Source of the DNA: Chrysomallon squamiferum | Lineage: Eukaryota > Animalia > Mollusca | NCBI GenBank assembly: GCA_012295275.1 | Contig: CM022670.1 | Location: 6,324,001-6,388,000, forward strand | Reading direction: 5' to 3' | DNA: 64,000 bases | Shown: piece by piece, positions 42,642 through 56,434 of the stretch | How positions within the stretch are numbered: position 1 is the first letter of the stretch | Layout: the number at the start of each line of letters is the position of its first letter | The notes under the pieces: generated by a model | What the model was told of the DNA's origin: nothing | The model's database searches: none | The model's input: the letters and a program-made list of their open reading frames with translations, nothing else | Program-made: the position numbers and the translations under genes

Positions 42642-43937
42642 TGTGAACATGTTATTGATTTCTATGGAAAATTCAATTTCAGAATAACCAAAATAGTTTG
42701 AAATTTATCATCTGATCCTAGAAAATCAATTAATGTTTCCTAATTGAAGAAATGTTTGACATTCGATATCTGATCCCAGAAAATTAATTTATATGTTCCA
42801 GTGATGTCGTTAAACAAATGTTTGAACTTCACCAGTAAGAGAAAATTAATTAATGTAATGCAGTGATGTAATTCAAATAAATTTAAAATTAGTTACCTGA
42901 TTAAACTGTTGTTGTTGTAGTCGTGTGGGAGATTCTCCTATAATGGGAGCTGGAGCGTATGCCAGCAACGATGTTGGGGCTGCAGCAGCGACTGGCGATG
43001 GTGACATCATGATGAGATTTCTACCAACGTTAGTGTCAAAACATCGTCTACTGATCTAGCAACAACTTTTTAAATTGAAATAAAAATAATTAAAACAAGA
43101 CCACTGCAATTACAACAACTATAACAACTATAATAACAGTAATAGCAACAACAACAAGAGCAATCAAAATTATAAAAATTAAAATAATAAGAAGAAAAAT
43201 AAGAATAGCAACAACAACAAGAGCAATCAAAATTATAAAAATAGGAATAATAAGAAGAAAAATAAGAATAGCAACAACAATAGTAACAATTCTACAATAT
43301 TAACAACTACAACAATAAACATAACTGCATTTGTCAGTACATTCTTTAAAATCAATTCAGCATTTCACAAGTGTTAACATTCCCTCTGTTGTTGATTTTT
43401 GTTTGTTTTCAGTTTCAATGCGGTCTCCATGTTATCTAACAGCCTTTCTCCTACTGAAGCAGCAAAACGATCTCTTCTCCCTATTATTAAAAAATATCCA
43501 CATTTTGCCGGTGCTGTTGTTGTAGCTAGTGTCGCTGGTGACTATGGTAAGTTTTATTTGCTTCATGTCAGTTTAACACTGTCTGTCTCTCCATATGTCG
43601 TATTTTAAGTGAAACTACTGATCTGTATTTTATTATTACTTTAAAAAGAAAAATGTACTGTGTGTGTGTTTAACTGTAAGTTTGAAACTGTGTATATTTA
43701 CTAACAGATAGATATGTGAATGATTACACTGTTATTTTATCTTATTATTCTTATCATTGTTGTTGTTGTTGTTCTTATTATTATGTTATGTTAGGTAATA
43801 ATTATTAAATATTATTAAAATATTTATTTATTTATTTATTCACAGGTGCTGCTTGTCATGGTTTCCGTTCATTTGAGTTTTCAGTGAGAGTCAAGGAAAT
43901 GTCCAACGTCACAGTTGTACAAGTCACGTGTACATAG
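39499..43937 (+). CDS. AGA: N(4)-(beta-N-acetylglucosaminyl)-L-asparaginase (aspartylglucosaminidase), 8 exons, 344 aa
   Basis: join(39499..39625,40726..40882,41304..41416,41722..41834,42341..42531,42921..43028,43413..43546,43846..43937) = 1035 nt, all GT-AG and phase-consistent. Signal peptide; motifs [41 protein letters not shown] (autocleavage, catalytic Thr codon 42449-42451), [33 protein letters not shown]. Confidence 0.98.
42697..42900. repeat. Degenerate ~60-bp repeat in AGA intron 5
   Basis: Three related tttgaa...agaaaattaatt...aaatg units. Confidence 0.6.
43141..43280. repeat. ~63-bp tandem duplication in AGA intron 6
   Basis: aatagcaacaacaacaagagcaatcaaaattataaaaat...gaagaaaaataag twice plus a partial. 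Confidence 0.85.
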
Positions 43938-44127
43938 CGTCAGACAACACAAGGGAGACAACTGTACCAGATCTTTTTATATTACTTACATTAAATAATA
44001 ATAATAATAATAATAATATTAATAATAATAATAATAATAATATTAATAAGAATAAGAATAAGAATAATAATAAGAATAAATAAATAAAAAACAATGAAAG
44101 AGAACAAAATATCAAAGCAAAGCAATC

Positions 44128-44133
44128 AATAAA
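44128..44133 (+). terminator. Candidate AGA polyadenylation signal
   Basis: AATAAA 190 nt after the stop, followed by a GT/T-rich tract; other AATAAA copies occur in the adjacent microsatellite. Confidence 0.4.
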
Positions 44134-44700
44134 CATTCTGTCATGCTGTTTGTTTTCATTTCCATTGTTAGGGTTTGAATATGTATTGATCAAATGGTAA
44201 TGTTAAAGAAACAAAATATTTATATTTTGCTAAAAAAAAAGATCTATGTAGCATCTCTCTCTATAGGTGTGTGATATTATATGTGTGTGTATATGTACGT
44301 ATGTATGCTTAACGTATGTAGTATAATGGTATATAAAAATATTTTTAAAGAAATTCATTTTGTAATTTCTGTTTACTACATTGTGTAATTACACATACAG
44401 ATAGTACTGTGAAATTAATTAAAATTGTATATGCTAATAAGAAAGAAAAAAGTGACTGCATGTTTCTCTGTGTGATTATTATATATTACGTCGACAATGG
44501 AATGACGTCATCACTATATAGCGCTGGTAGAAGGACTGTGTTTTGCAGATGGGTGTTAACAACATAATTAATTTAAAAGCTAGGAAATAGTCTTAATAGA
44601 GATCCTTCTTTTATTTACAGGTAACTGCATGTTTTTATTTTCTTTTTGTATTTGGCTTTTTGATAGATCAAAGAGTGACGCCCTGAACAGATACAAAACC

Positions 44701-44754
<54 letters not shown>

Positions 44755-45591
44755 TCTTTGATAAACAAAACAATAATTTCTTTCAGTACGTTCATAAGAG
44801 AACATTCTACTGTTTTAATACTCAGTAAACAGTGAAAGAAAATGATCGGTGATTTCATTAACAGTTATACAAAGTGTTTAGCCGCAACTTGTTTGAGATT
44901 TGGCTTTAAGAGAAGGTAATGTTAAGCATTTTCTTTTATATGGAGAAGTCTATATGAAAAGAGTTTGATTGGAATTATCCACGAAAGACTTGATCAGATT
45001 TCGTTTGTCTTATGTCAAAAAATCCCCACACTATTAGACTATAATGTGATACTATAACCACACACTAATGTATGCCAGTTTGTGATAAGTCATAGGCTTA
45101 CAGTATTTTCTCGTTTAATTTTTAATTTTTATTTTTTTTTTTTTTTTTTTTTTTAAAACTAATTACTTATAACATAAAAGGAAAAGAGTTATTGTTATGG
45201 GTTTACAATATTTTCACTTCTATCTTATCTTTGTAATTTGATTCTGGACAAAAACGTTGCACGTTGTCAGCTAATTAAAAAGTGTAAGACGAGAAAAACA
45301 AAAGAACTGAAAGAAATGTTGAACAGTTTCCTTATACAATTACATCTGTGATTCGTTTTTCAGAATTAATTCTTCATTCTTTTTCTTTTTTTTTTTTCTT
45401 TTTTTTTTTCATTTTTTATTTTCATCTCTTTTGTTTGCGACAGAACTGTTAAAATTTTCTTTACAGTTTTTATTTTTATTAATCTTTTTTAATTTACAAT
45501 ATTTGTAAACTGTATTGCAGCTGAGTAACATTTTATTCATAGTGTAAAAATGTCATCCTTAATATCATACACGTCATTCTTCTTCTTCTTC

Positions 45592-45632
<41 letters not shown>

Positions 45633-45977
45633 GTATCCTAGTATGTATTAAAAATATTAAATCATTTAATATTGATGCAGTAGTAGTAGTCGCAGTAATA
45701 GTAGTGGTAAAGGTAGTAGCAGTAATATTTTAGTGAGAGCAGTGGTTGCTACAGTGTTAGAAGCAGCAAAGATGACAGTAGTATTAATAGTCATCGTATA
45801 GATATTATTATTATTATTATTAGAAGTAGTAGTAGTAGTAGTGGTAGTAGTAGTAGTCTACAAAATGAAACGTTCTCTTTTCTGTTTTGTTTATTTCATA
45901 TAAGTACAATTAATACCATCAGATATTGTTATGAAATTTAAAAAAAAAAATATATATGAATAAACAAAACTGCAAAT

Positions 45978-46016
<39 letters not shown>

Positions 46017-48171
46017 AAGAAGAAGAAATTAGTTTAAATATATCAGTGGTAAAATCGTTAACCATTAAAATATAAAAAGTAAAATTTGTCCTGTGACATT
46101 ATCGAAAAAAATAAGAAAAGAAAAAAAGACAACTGACATATGTCAGTTAGAAGAATCGATATTTTCTGTATGGTAAAGAAGGAAATCTAACGTGAAATGG
46201 CTAATGTACAAGATAGATTACTATTATTACAGCTACGACAGTTTTTATAAATCTGACTTTTTTTTTTCTTCAAATTATTATAAATGTCGGTAAATGAACT
46301 CATTAAATGCACTTTTCAGCTCTTGGCGAACAGCAGTGAATTTATATATATTTATTGATTGATTGTATATTTCAGTCATGCAAGTGATATTTAATAAACT
46401 AATGGCTGGAACGGGACATTTTCCAATAACGTAATACTGATGTAAAATTAGAACAAAAACATTACTGTTTATAATGTCTAGCGCATGAAACGTGTAAGAG
46501 AGAATCGACAGGTGTAATTAATACTGTGTCAGTTCTCTTACTGAGAAAACATTGATTATCTCCTGTAAAGCAAATGTTTGACAGTTCTGACACTTCGATG
46601 TGTGTTTTGTTTATGGAGAACAATTTCATTATTCTAGAGTAAAAGCGGCCATTTTCCCATCAAACTTGTCCTCTCATGACGTCATTTGAAAAATGAGAAA
46701 ATACTGTTGCAGTTTCGATGGCTTTTTGATAATTCTAGAACAAATATATATAATAACACAATAACCAGAGAGTTTGATTGCTTACTTCAAAAATATACCA
46801 TCGTCGTTGTCGTCGCCAGAATCGTCGCAGTCGTATTTTTTAAATCTTAACTTCTTGTTGTTATGTTTCAATGTTAAGTCATTTCGTCACAAATGAAAAT
46901 TGTAATCCCACTGGGCCATTGGTTTCGTATATTTTGGAGACCAAACACTAGAAGACACGCCCTTTTTAACCTATATTGTAAAATTTTCAAAAAAACGTAT
47001 TTCACAAAGTATTGGTAATTATCGATATTTAGAGATTTGGAATAAAAATAAATCTCTATACCAGACACTGAATAATCCTATTAATAAATACTGCACACAA
47101 AAGTTAAAAAAAAAAAATAAATAATGAAAAAAATAAAACATAATTCAATATATACATTTTAAGAAAAAAAAGACATTTCAAGTCTATTCAAGTCATTTCG
47201 AGTCTGTTTCCGAAAACCAGGGCAAGGTCGTCTAATACTGAACAGTTCCTACAATGAACTATTTAAATCTCTTACTCGGGAAACGTGACGAGTTGGATCA
47301 AGAATAATAATAATAAGCTAATCTGAGTCTGCATGACGTTGTCACGTTAACCTTTCGTGATGAAACATATACAAATGTAATTTGCAAATTTTTAAATCAC
47401 ATTATTTCAGTTAAATGCTAGAAATATTTTTTTATCTATTTTTATTAGTACTATTACTGTTGCTGCGGTTGCTTTTACTGCTGCAACTACTACTATTTCT
47501 ATTACTACTACTACTACTACTACTCTATTATTATTATTATTTTTACTATACTATTATTACTATTATTATTGCTACTACTATTACCACTAATATTACCACC
47601 GCTAGTATTACTACTATTAGTAGCCATACTAATATTATTACTACTAATAGTAATACTACAACTGCTATAATTAGGATTATTACTGCTTATGTTATTACTA
47701 CTACTACTATTTTTATATTAATTTAATTTATATATATTTTTATGTATGATCGTTTCTCTGTAAAGTATAGTGTGGTATTTATTCCGTTGTTTACCTATGT
47801 TTCATTACTATTAACAGCAGTGTAAATATATTATTGTGTTAATCTGTCAGCGTGAAATGATCAGCAACTAAGCATGATTAGTTACTTACGGACTGGGATT
47901 ATCAGCTATTCACAGCTCTCTCGCGTGTTTGGTTTCCGCTGATCTAGCAAGCGGAACGTTCAGTGTTTATAGAATTAGGGTCGGATCTAGATCAACTGAC
48001 AGTCGGAGATCTCAGTAATAAGATTTCTTAACATGTTTATTATTTATTGTGAACATTCCCAAATCTATGTTTTGTTTTATGTTTTCCTGTCCAGTCTTAA
48101 TTAGTAAGAAACTGTAACTGCCAAAGAGCACAGATAAAAATTATCTAGGGGTCGCTACTAAGTTCCACTCG

Positions 48172-48395
48172 TGACGTCATCAAATACATCGCGGACAAGT
48201 TTGATTCAGTATTCAGTTATCAGTACCCGTCTACGAAATGACGTCACTACTCCAGTTATAAAAGGGGTAAACCGGGGTGACATTCTGTAATAGTGTCATT
48301 TTATTGTCATATTTTGTTATAAGTCCTAAACAAATGAAATATATAATCTCAAACAGATGAAATAACACTCTGGGAGACGTCCCCAGCTGACGTCA
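48172..48395 (+). promoter_or_regulatory. CRE-CRE-TATA core promoter with a third downstream CRE
   Basis: TGACGTCA at 48172, 48239 and 48388; TATAAAAG at 48257; Inr-like ACATTC at 48280. Confidence 0.6.
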
Positions 48396-48974
48396 TTCGC
48401 CCTTTGGTGAACTATTAACCACTTTAAGAAACAATGATCTAAATGACAAGTTTAGATTACGCATGTTCATCAGATTGTTTCAGATTATACCAAAGTATAT
48501 CCAATTTCATTAGATCGTTTACTCTTTAAACGAAAACCCGTAATAATAATTTTAATTGGAATGGGCATGCTCAGGTATTTCGGTGTCCTATAACTTTTTT
48601 TTTTTTTTTTACACTATTTTACGAAAATCGGAATATTTCGTGAAATAAAGTAAACCCGCTTCCAGATCACAAAGATCAAGAGACCTACCGATACCTCACG
48701 ACTCTGCCGCTAGAAATCAGCGCGTTCCAGTATGTTAATAATGAAATGCTTTATTAACAGACGTGTTCTGAAATGAGTAATCACAGAGAAGTTTTGTACG
48801 ACGCAACTCACCTGAGAAGTACGGGGTGTCGAATTCCAGACATGAAGTACCGTTTTACACGGATCACATACCGTGACGTTTACTGTCGTAACTGTCTACA
48901 TGTTACAGCTGTGTTAGTCTGTTCACGCTTCATCGAATCTAACTGTCGTCTTATTTATCCGTTTTCTTTTTCAG

Positions 48975-49051
48975 ACGCAACCGTCTAAGTCTGTTCATTT
49001 TAATACACACACACGAAGTAACATTTTCCTGTATAAGAAGACTTCGTAATG
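48975..49051 (+). other. Candidate 5' exon ending in ATG
   Basis: Acceptor gttttctttttcag before 48975; ATG|gtaagt donor after 49051. Confidence 0.5.
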
Positions 49052-49232
49052 GTAAGTAATTAAGACAAGACGTATTATTCAAAACGTAACCTTTCAGTAG
49101 GTAGGCTTTAAGGTTATACTGTTCAAAAACTGCATGTATTTACAACCGTCTCTCTGTCTGTGTGAAATATCCGTGAATGTATGTGTTATGTATATGTGTG
49201 TGTGTATGAGTGCATGTGTGTACATATGTATG

Positions 49233-49264
<32 letters not shown>

Positions 49265-49573
49265 CATGCATGCCTACATGAATATATATATGTGTGTATG
49301 TATTTATGTATTTGTGTAAGTAAGAATATATCTAATTATATATATGTATATGTGTATATGTATATATATATATATCACATTTCAGTTGACTGCCGTTTGA
49401 AAGCTTGTCAGTTTGTCAGCAAGGAATAAATGAATAAAAAAACAAACCAGCAAAGCATCATCGTCGTATAAAAAAGAAAATCAAAATTTAAAAAAGTAAA
49501 TATATTAACAAGCAATTATATAAAAAAATAACGAAAAATAAAAAGAAGAAAATGTAAAAGAAAGGTGTCAACC

Positions 49574-50078
49574 ATGTCCATCACAACTCGAGCGTCGCTG
49601 AAATCTACATCAACGACTGACCCCGGCAACCACGTCGCCAGCTTGACAACGTCAGCAGCCAAGGGAAGACAACGTCCGCGAAGACGATTAAGTAGTCAGA
49701 TGACATCGACAACATCTTTCGATGAGCCTGACATGACGATTCCAACGAGGAAACTTTCGAAGGAATTCAAGTTCGAGTTGCTGCATTATCAGATTCTGAA
49801 ACCTTTAAGAAAGACAGAGTGTGTTTACCGTAATACTCTTCCATCTCTGCAAGGTAAGTGCCATTTGTCTGAGTATGTACACAAAATTCAGATATCTTCA
49901 AATGGAAAGTAATTAACTTTTTGAAGTCTAAAAAAAAAAAAAAAAAAAAAATAATAATAATAATAAATATAAATAAATGAATAAATAAATAAGTAAAATA
50001 TAAAATAATAGTAATAATAAAAATAATAATAATAATAATAAATATAAATAAATTAATAAATAAATAAGTAAAATATAA

Positions 50079-50127
<49 letters not shown>

Positions 50128-52408
50128 TGTATGAATGAATGAATGAATGAATGAAAAGAAAAAAAAAAAAAATTAAGAATTAAAATCCACCGATATCATC
50201 GTCTGTTCAGATAAAGATGTATCAGTCTCATAAAGAAACAATACATATCAAACTGTCTGGTTTGTCGATTGCAAACATCACGATGCTACTTTTTCTTACT
50301 TATATACGAAATGAAATGTATCCTTGACAACGCCGGCAAATAATCTTATCATATTTTAATTACTCTTTTATTCATGATTTCTTAATTATTATTATTATTA
50401 TTTTTTTTTTTTTGTCCTATTTTAATTACAATTAGCCAGATTTAACAACAAAGGCATGCAGACTAAATATATCTGAGTTCTGTCCTTTGATTTGTAGCCG
50501 TGACGTCATGGCGTACATTGTGAACTAATTTGCTGTTAAGTTTCTTCAAAGACTGTAAGTAAAAATACAGTTGTCTGCCCGAAATAAACGCAATAACGTC
50601 ACGAATTCAGTTATCAAGTAAAATGGCGGCCTTCAAATGCTTTGTAACAGTATCATTTTATTATTAAACTTGCCATTAAACCATTGGAACCGATTATAGG
50701 TGTAATACAAATAATGTTCTGAACAAAAAGAATGTAATGAGAATTAACAAACACACAGAAGACAGTCTGATTTAGATTTTATTAATCACAATAAAATAAT
50801 CTACACGTACCACCGTAATACTGATCATTTCCATTATCATTTATTCCGTCGTCTCGTTATCATCTCATCATCATTAATTATGTTCAATTTTCATCAATCA
50901 CGAAAATCAACCAACACGACAGCGACATCCTCACCCCACAGAAGCTAATGAATGAGTTTCAAAGTACAGTGGTACCTTGACCTATGAGTTTAATTCGTTC
51001 CGTCACCGAGCTCGTATCTCATTTTGCTCGTACATCAAATCAATTTTCACAACTGAAATTAATTGAAATACCATTAACCCGTTCCAGCCCCCACATTTCC
51101 ATTTTTTTTTTTTTTTTTGTATCGTGTTTTTAAATAAGAAAAATGTATTTACAAATGACAAATTTGTATAAAAACAAAATAAGAGAATGTAAAGAAATAA
51201 ATTGGTTTTGTAAAGTGTATTTATCTTGAAGATCAGACAAAATATTTTAACGCCTTTGGCTGGAGTTACAGCCTTTATCGACTTCTTCAGTTTCAGTATG
51301 GTACTACGCTCGTACTGCCTAACCAAGTTGACTACATGCACACCTCGCTCATGTTTTTCAATGATTTCATGCTTTAATTCAATCGACATCATCCACTTCT
51401 TCTTCTCAGCATTTTCTTAAGGTTCATGGAAAGAAATTTGGCTAAATATTGCACAAAACGCGAGTACAATACACCAGAGATGCGTCCGCGCCGAGTTAAC
51501 CACGTCAAGTAAACGAGTGAGACGCGGGATGCTGGCCGGATGTTGTGTTGTTCGTTGCACCAACTAGCGGCGTATCTGAATTTCGCTCGTAACTTGGATT
51601 TTGGCTCGCAACTCAAAGCATAAAATCGCCCGACCAATGCTCGTAACTCGTAAACTGGGGCACTCGTAAGTCGAGGTACCGCTGAAAGTAAATGTAAATA
51701 TGTAAAAAAACAACAAAAAAAAAAAAAAAAAAAAAACAGTGAATGAAAAAAAAACCATTACATTACAGACGTGCAGGTGTACAGAACCAATAATGTATCT
51801 GGATGTAGTTTTTTTTTTTTTAATAAAAAAAACACAAAATGAAGAACAAAGAAAACAAAAAAAAAGAAATAACAATATCGAAGACAGATAAAGACAGTAA
51901 TTTACCTGTAATTACCAGAAAGAAAAAAATACGTTAATTCGTCATTTTACTTTCTGCATAAAAGTCAGAAAAAAAACAATGAAACTCACTAACAGGGAAA
52001 AAAAATCTTTTATCTCGATTTTTGTGAAGACTGGATAAAACCTGCTTTCACTTACTTCTCTTTGTATTTTAAAATGAAACTTTAATAATACAGATTGTTA
52101 AAACATCTGGGGACGTCGTACATTACAGAATTATTTCTGTCGTTCAGAAGATATCGTTTAATTAATTACCAAGGAAAAACACACCATGCACATAGAAAGC
52201 ACGTTAAAGATGAAAACACAATCATCAGACAATTTCTTTCTTCTTCTTAAGTATTTACTATTTTTATTAGATTGAAATTACTTTTAAAAAATATGTAAAA
52301 TATCAGTTCCAAACCGTATTATTCAAGGACGTGCCTACGCATGTATACAGTCTTGATCTCTTTCTTTTATGAAATAAAAATAAACTTACATTGACAAAAT
52401 AAACGATA

Positions 52409-52468
<60 letters not shown>

Positions 52469-52628
52469 AGCGGTAGAAACTGAGAAAGTGATCAACGAGT
52501 TTGAAGCTACGAAGCGGAATCGCCCGAATGACGTCAGATACGGTTATCTAAACGACTGTATCAGATCCTACATTGAATATATAAAACAATACGAAATGGT
52601 GGAAGACAAAACTCTGGAAAGTTGCTGA
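49574..52628 (+). CDS. Uncharacterised 145-aa protein, 2 coding exons
   Basis: join(49574..49853,52471..52628) = 438 nt. accATG start, CAAG|gtaagt donor (phase 1), ttacag acceptor; exon 2 is open in the matching phase (AVETEKVINEFEATKRNRPNDVRYGYLNDCIRSYIEYIKQYEMVEDKTLESC*); AATAAA at 52672. Confidence 0.75.
50967..51684 (-). mobile_element. Internally deleted Tigger/pogo-family DNA transposon, 718 bp
   Basis: 23-bp TIRs CAGTGGTACCTTGACCTATGAGT / CAGCGGTACCTCGACTTACGAGT; TA on the left flank (AA on the right); frameshifted transposase N-terminus MMSIELKHEIIEKHERGVHVVNLVRQYERS resembling the CENP-B/psq HTH of Tigger transposases. Confidence 0.9.
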
Positions 52629-52736
52629 GTCATCATCCTGATATCACAGTTGCGGTAATCATCTTCATGTAAATAAATTCACAACAAATTAATCAAATAA
52701 ATAAATAAATAAAACAAAAATATCAACAACGACAAC

Positions 52737-52768
<32 letters not shown>

Positions 52769-53056
52769 CATAATAATAATAATAATATGATGATGATGAT
52801 TATGATGGCTGTTACAATAGTAGTAGTTATTGATGTTGCTGCTTGTAAGAGCAGTATAAAACAAACGTTTGCGACGGGGAGTTAGTCAAACATAACTCGC
52901 TATAGGACAAAATACAGAACAAACTGATGAACATGCGTAATCTGAACTTGTCATTTAGATCATAGTTTCTTGAAGTGGTTAATGGTTCACCAAAGGGTGT
53001 TTGAGATTTAAATATCTATCTATCTATCTATCTATGTATGTATGTATGTATGTATG

Positions 53057-53116
<60 letters not shown>

Positions 53117-53914
53117 GAAATAAAATGAAATAAAATATGAGTATATATCACATTGTGTAGGTTATATCACCTGTACACCGGTCACGTGACATGTGACATG
53201 ACGTTGTACTCTCGCAGATTTGACTGACTGATAGTTTTTCCAGTATCAGATTTATATGACATAGCTTGAACCTCTAATTTAATAACCAATATAGCCTGCG
53301 AACAGTTATTTAATTACTTTGTCATGCATACAAACACAAGATAATTATTTTTCTAATCCCATCAAAATATTTAGTCTACTTGATAGAGTGTGTTCCAATG
53401 AACCGATAATTTAAATTGTTTTTTTTTCCCTAAAATTTATTTATTTATAATGTAACAGATGAAAAATCATTAGCTTATTGAACAGATATGTAATCACATG
53501 ACTAGAATAATTATTTAATGTTTCCTTGTACAAATATTTCGAATAAAAAAAATAAATACTAATGAAAAAAAGAGAAAAACGTTTTGCCTCCAGTCATAAT
53601 ATATCGACACAATGGATAAAAAATGTCCTAATCTTCAGACCATCTAGATAATTTTCAAAACAGAAATAAATATAATAAAACTAACATTTTACGTACATTG
53701 ATCTATGTGAAGAATTACAGTTATGTTGTTAAACAGGTATATATGAAGGAATTAAAAGATGTCATCCCATCCATCATGACGTCATTTCAGCTGTGCTATT
53801 TTCATCTTATTGGTAGTTCGTAATATCAAACAAAACCAAAATTAACTTGATAATTCATAACGAATCAAAGGTTATCACCACAGTTTGATTAAAATACTGT
53901 TTATGTAATATACA

Positions 53915-54037
53915 TTACATATAGCAAAGTATACATATTCTATTACATATATAAAGCAAAGAATACATATTCTATTACATATAAAGCAAAGAATACATAT
54001 TCTATTACATATATAGCAAAGAATACATATTCTATTA
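53915..54037. repeat. ~30-bp minisatellite, ~4 copies
   Basis: ttacatatatagcaaagaatacatattcta repeated with variable TA count. Confidence 0.9.
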
Positions 54038-54834
54038 AAAGCTCGATCTACCTCACATTTATGTAACAAAAAAAAGAAAAATGTTTACGTAAATTATAAA
54101 CTCGATATCGTGATTAACTGAGTGTTGTTCATTTGTTTATAACTTCAAAGATGACATGAAACAAAATTGTTTCTTTGTCTTAGCCTGACAGCCACCAATC
54201 AAACTGAGTCAGGTGTAATCTAAGTCACCTGTTTCAAATATTAATTATACTAGTTAGTCTATTTAGGTTAACCCCAGCTTTTATTAATTAATTACTCGAT
54301 CAATTTATTTGTTTGTTTGCTTATTATTTTTATTTTTGTTTTCTTAATTATTTTTTTATTTTATTTTATTTTTGTGTTGTTTTGTTTTGTTTAAGTAGTG
54401 AAATAAGGCGAATTAAAAAACCAAAAAACAACAACAACAACCAAACTTAAACAGATAGTTAAATAATTTACACATACACACTAACATACGTATATAAATA
54501 CGTACGTACACACATAAATAAATAAAGATCTATATAGTTTATCTGTTGTACACAAAGTAAGTGTTAATATTAAATTACGTTTCTCTGTAATAAATCAAAA
54601 GATGCGACTTGTTAACATATTTTTGTGTACTCAGATGAACATTTTTATATTTTGTTTTGTTAATGTTGCATGCTATGGTAATATTAGAAATACTATGCCA
54701 GCTGTAAGTATGCATTACAATATTTTGTATTTAAAGACTTTATTTAACCTATGCACTGATGACAAATCTGTATTTAGATTCGGTGATATATGTTTATGCA
54801 GACTGAATTGTGATGCATTTTTATTTAGCGTAAA

Positions 54835-55037
54835 TGGTGATATATTTTTTATTTATTTAAAATAACCATATATTTAGATTAAATGATAATATATATTTTG
54901 TTTAGATTGGAGTGTGATATATTTTTATTTACTTAAAATAATTATAGAGTTAGATTAGACAATAATATATATTTTATTTATATTAGACAATGATATATAT
55001 TTTATTTATATTAGATGATGATATATATTTTATTTAG
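54835..55037. repeat. Degenerate AT-rich ~30-bp repeat
   Basis: Recurrent tgatatatattttattta(t/g)attaga units. Confidence 0.7.
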
Positions 55038-56347
55038 AGGAAGGTATATTTCATACCAAACACTGTACATTTGACACTGTATTTGTCATTTGACATTTAA
55101 ATAAGAAATCAAAACGTCAATATTTCGTCTCATATTTCACGTATTTCAACAGAGATTTTCCCACAAACAAAACTGGGATTTCTTTCTTCACGTATCTACC
55201 TAGATTCACACGCTGGGTTCTTTGCTTAACACCTGCAATTTACGTTTAACCCATTATATTTTATATTTTTGTATATTTCTATTAAATATAAATATAATGT
55301 GTATCACCAGTGCCGACAATATTACGATCTAGTGTATCAATATTACTACATTTTACTTCTGCAAGTCACCAAACACGTCATTTTCCAGTTCACTGCAGTG
55401 AATAACAGCAGATCGTGTCTGATAGAGTCTTTCTTTCAACTCGCACGTGGAAATATTATTTTAATTAAGTCGTCTACGAACTCGGCTTAAATGAACTAAC
55501 GGGAAATCATCTCCCGTAATTTGGACAGAATTCATCACATTCTGGACGAAGTGAAGGAGATCATTGTTCGTGTCACGCAGGCGACAACACAGAATCGTGC
55601 GCAATTACCACGACTGGACTCCACTGGGAACACATCACAAATGAACAGCAAACATGCACTGGGTTAGAGTTTTGTTTAATACGATAATAATTCTTTTTTT
55701 TTTTTTTTAATGATCGATCCATTTCGGTAAAAATAAATGTATGGGTTTTTTTTGTTTCTACGATAGCGAAGAGAATAGCTTTAACAACTCGGAGTATCAG
55801 TCGTATCAGCGTCAGGCGTGTACTCACGTTGTGATTTACGTAACAAAATGTTTTTCAGTTGTTTTTTTATTATTTCGCACTGGTGCTCTGTACTATTTCG
55901 TGGAATGGTTTCTAAATCTCAGTACGGATTTAATTATTGCTTAGCATTTTGAGAATAGTTCTGCGTTGTCATCGTGGTAAAACAGGTGCAGAGGTAAAAG
56001 TAGTGAAAGGTACGTTCTAATTTACAGTACAGGTAAATGTTATATAAGTGTGTCGTGTGTTAAGGTGTAGTAGAGTGTTTGCTCCAGGAGTGAAGGGCTG
56101 GAGGATCAGTACTTAATAAGTGTCTCCAAATTTTTTCTTCAACAGTGAAGATGTTTTGTCGTCAGGTAGTTTGTTATGATTGCGCGTTTGGTTGCTGATA
56201 TTGTTATTATAAAATCACATACCTATTAAACAACAGTGTTTTATTATCTGAAATATGTGTAAGCTCGAATACATTCATAAATTTATAGAAATTCATTTGT
56301 AAGAAGATTGTCGTGTACACGTTTACCAATTTGGCATATTTATTATA

Positions 56348-56382
<35 letters not shown>

Positions 56383-56396
56383 TGTTACTATTATTA

Positions 56397-56434
<38 letters not shown>

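Noticed and set aside
51003-51392. Intact 129-aa transposase or TIGD gene
   Set aside because: Only about 50 residues resemble transposase; frameshifted, with no DDE domain.
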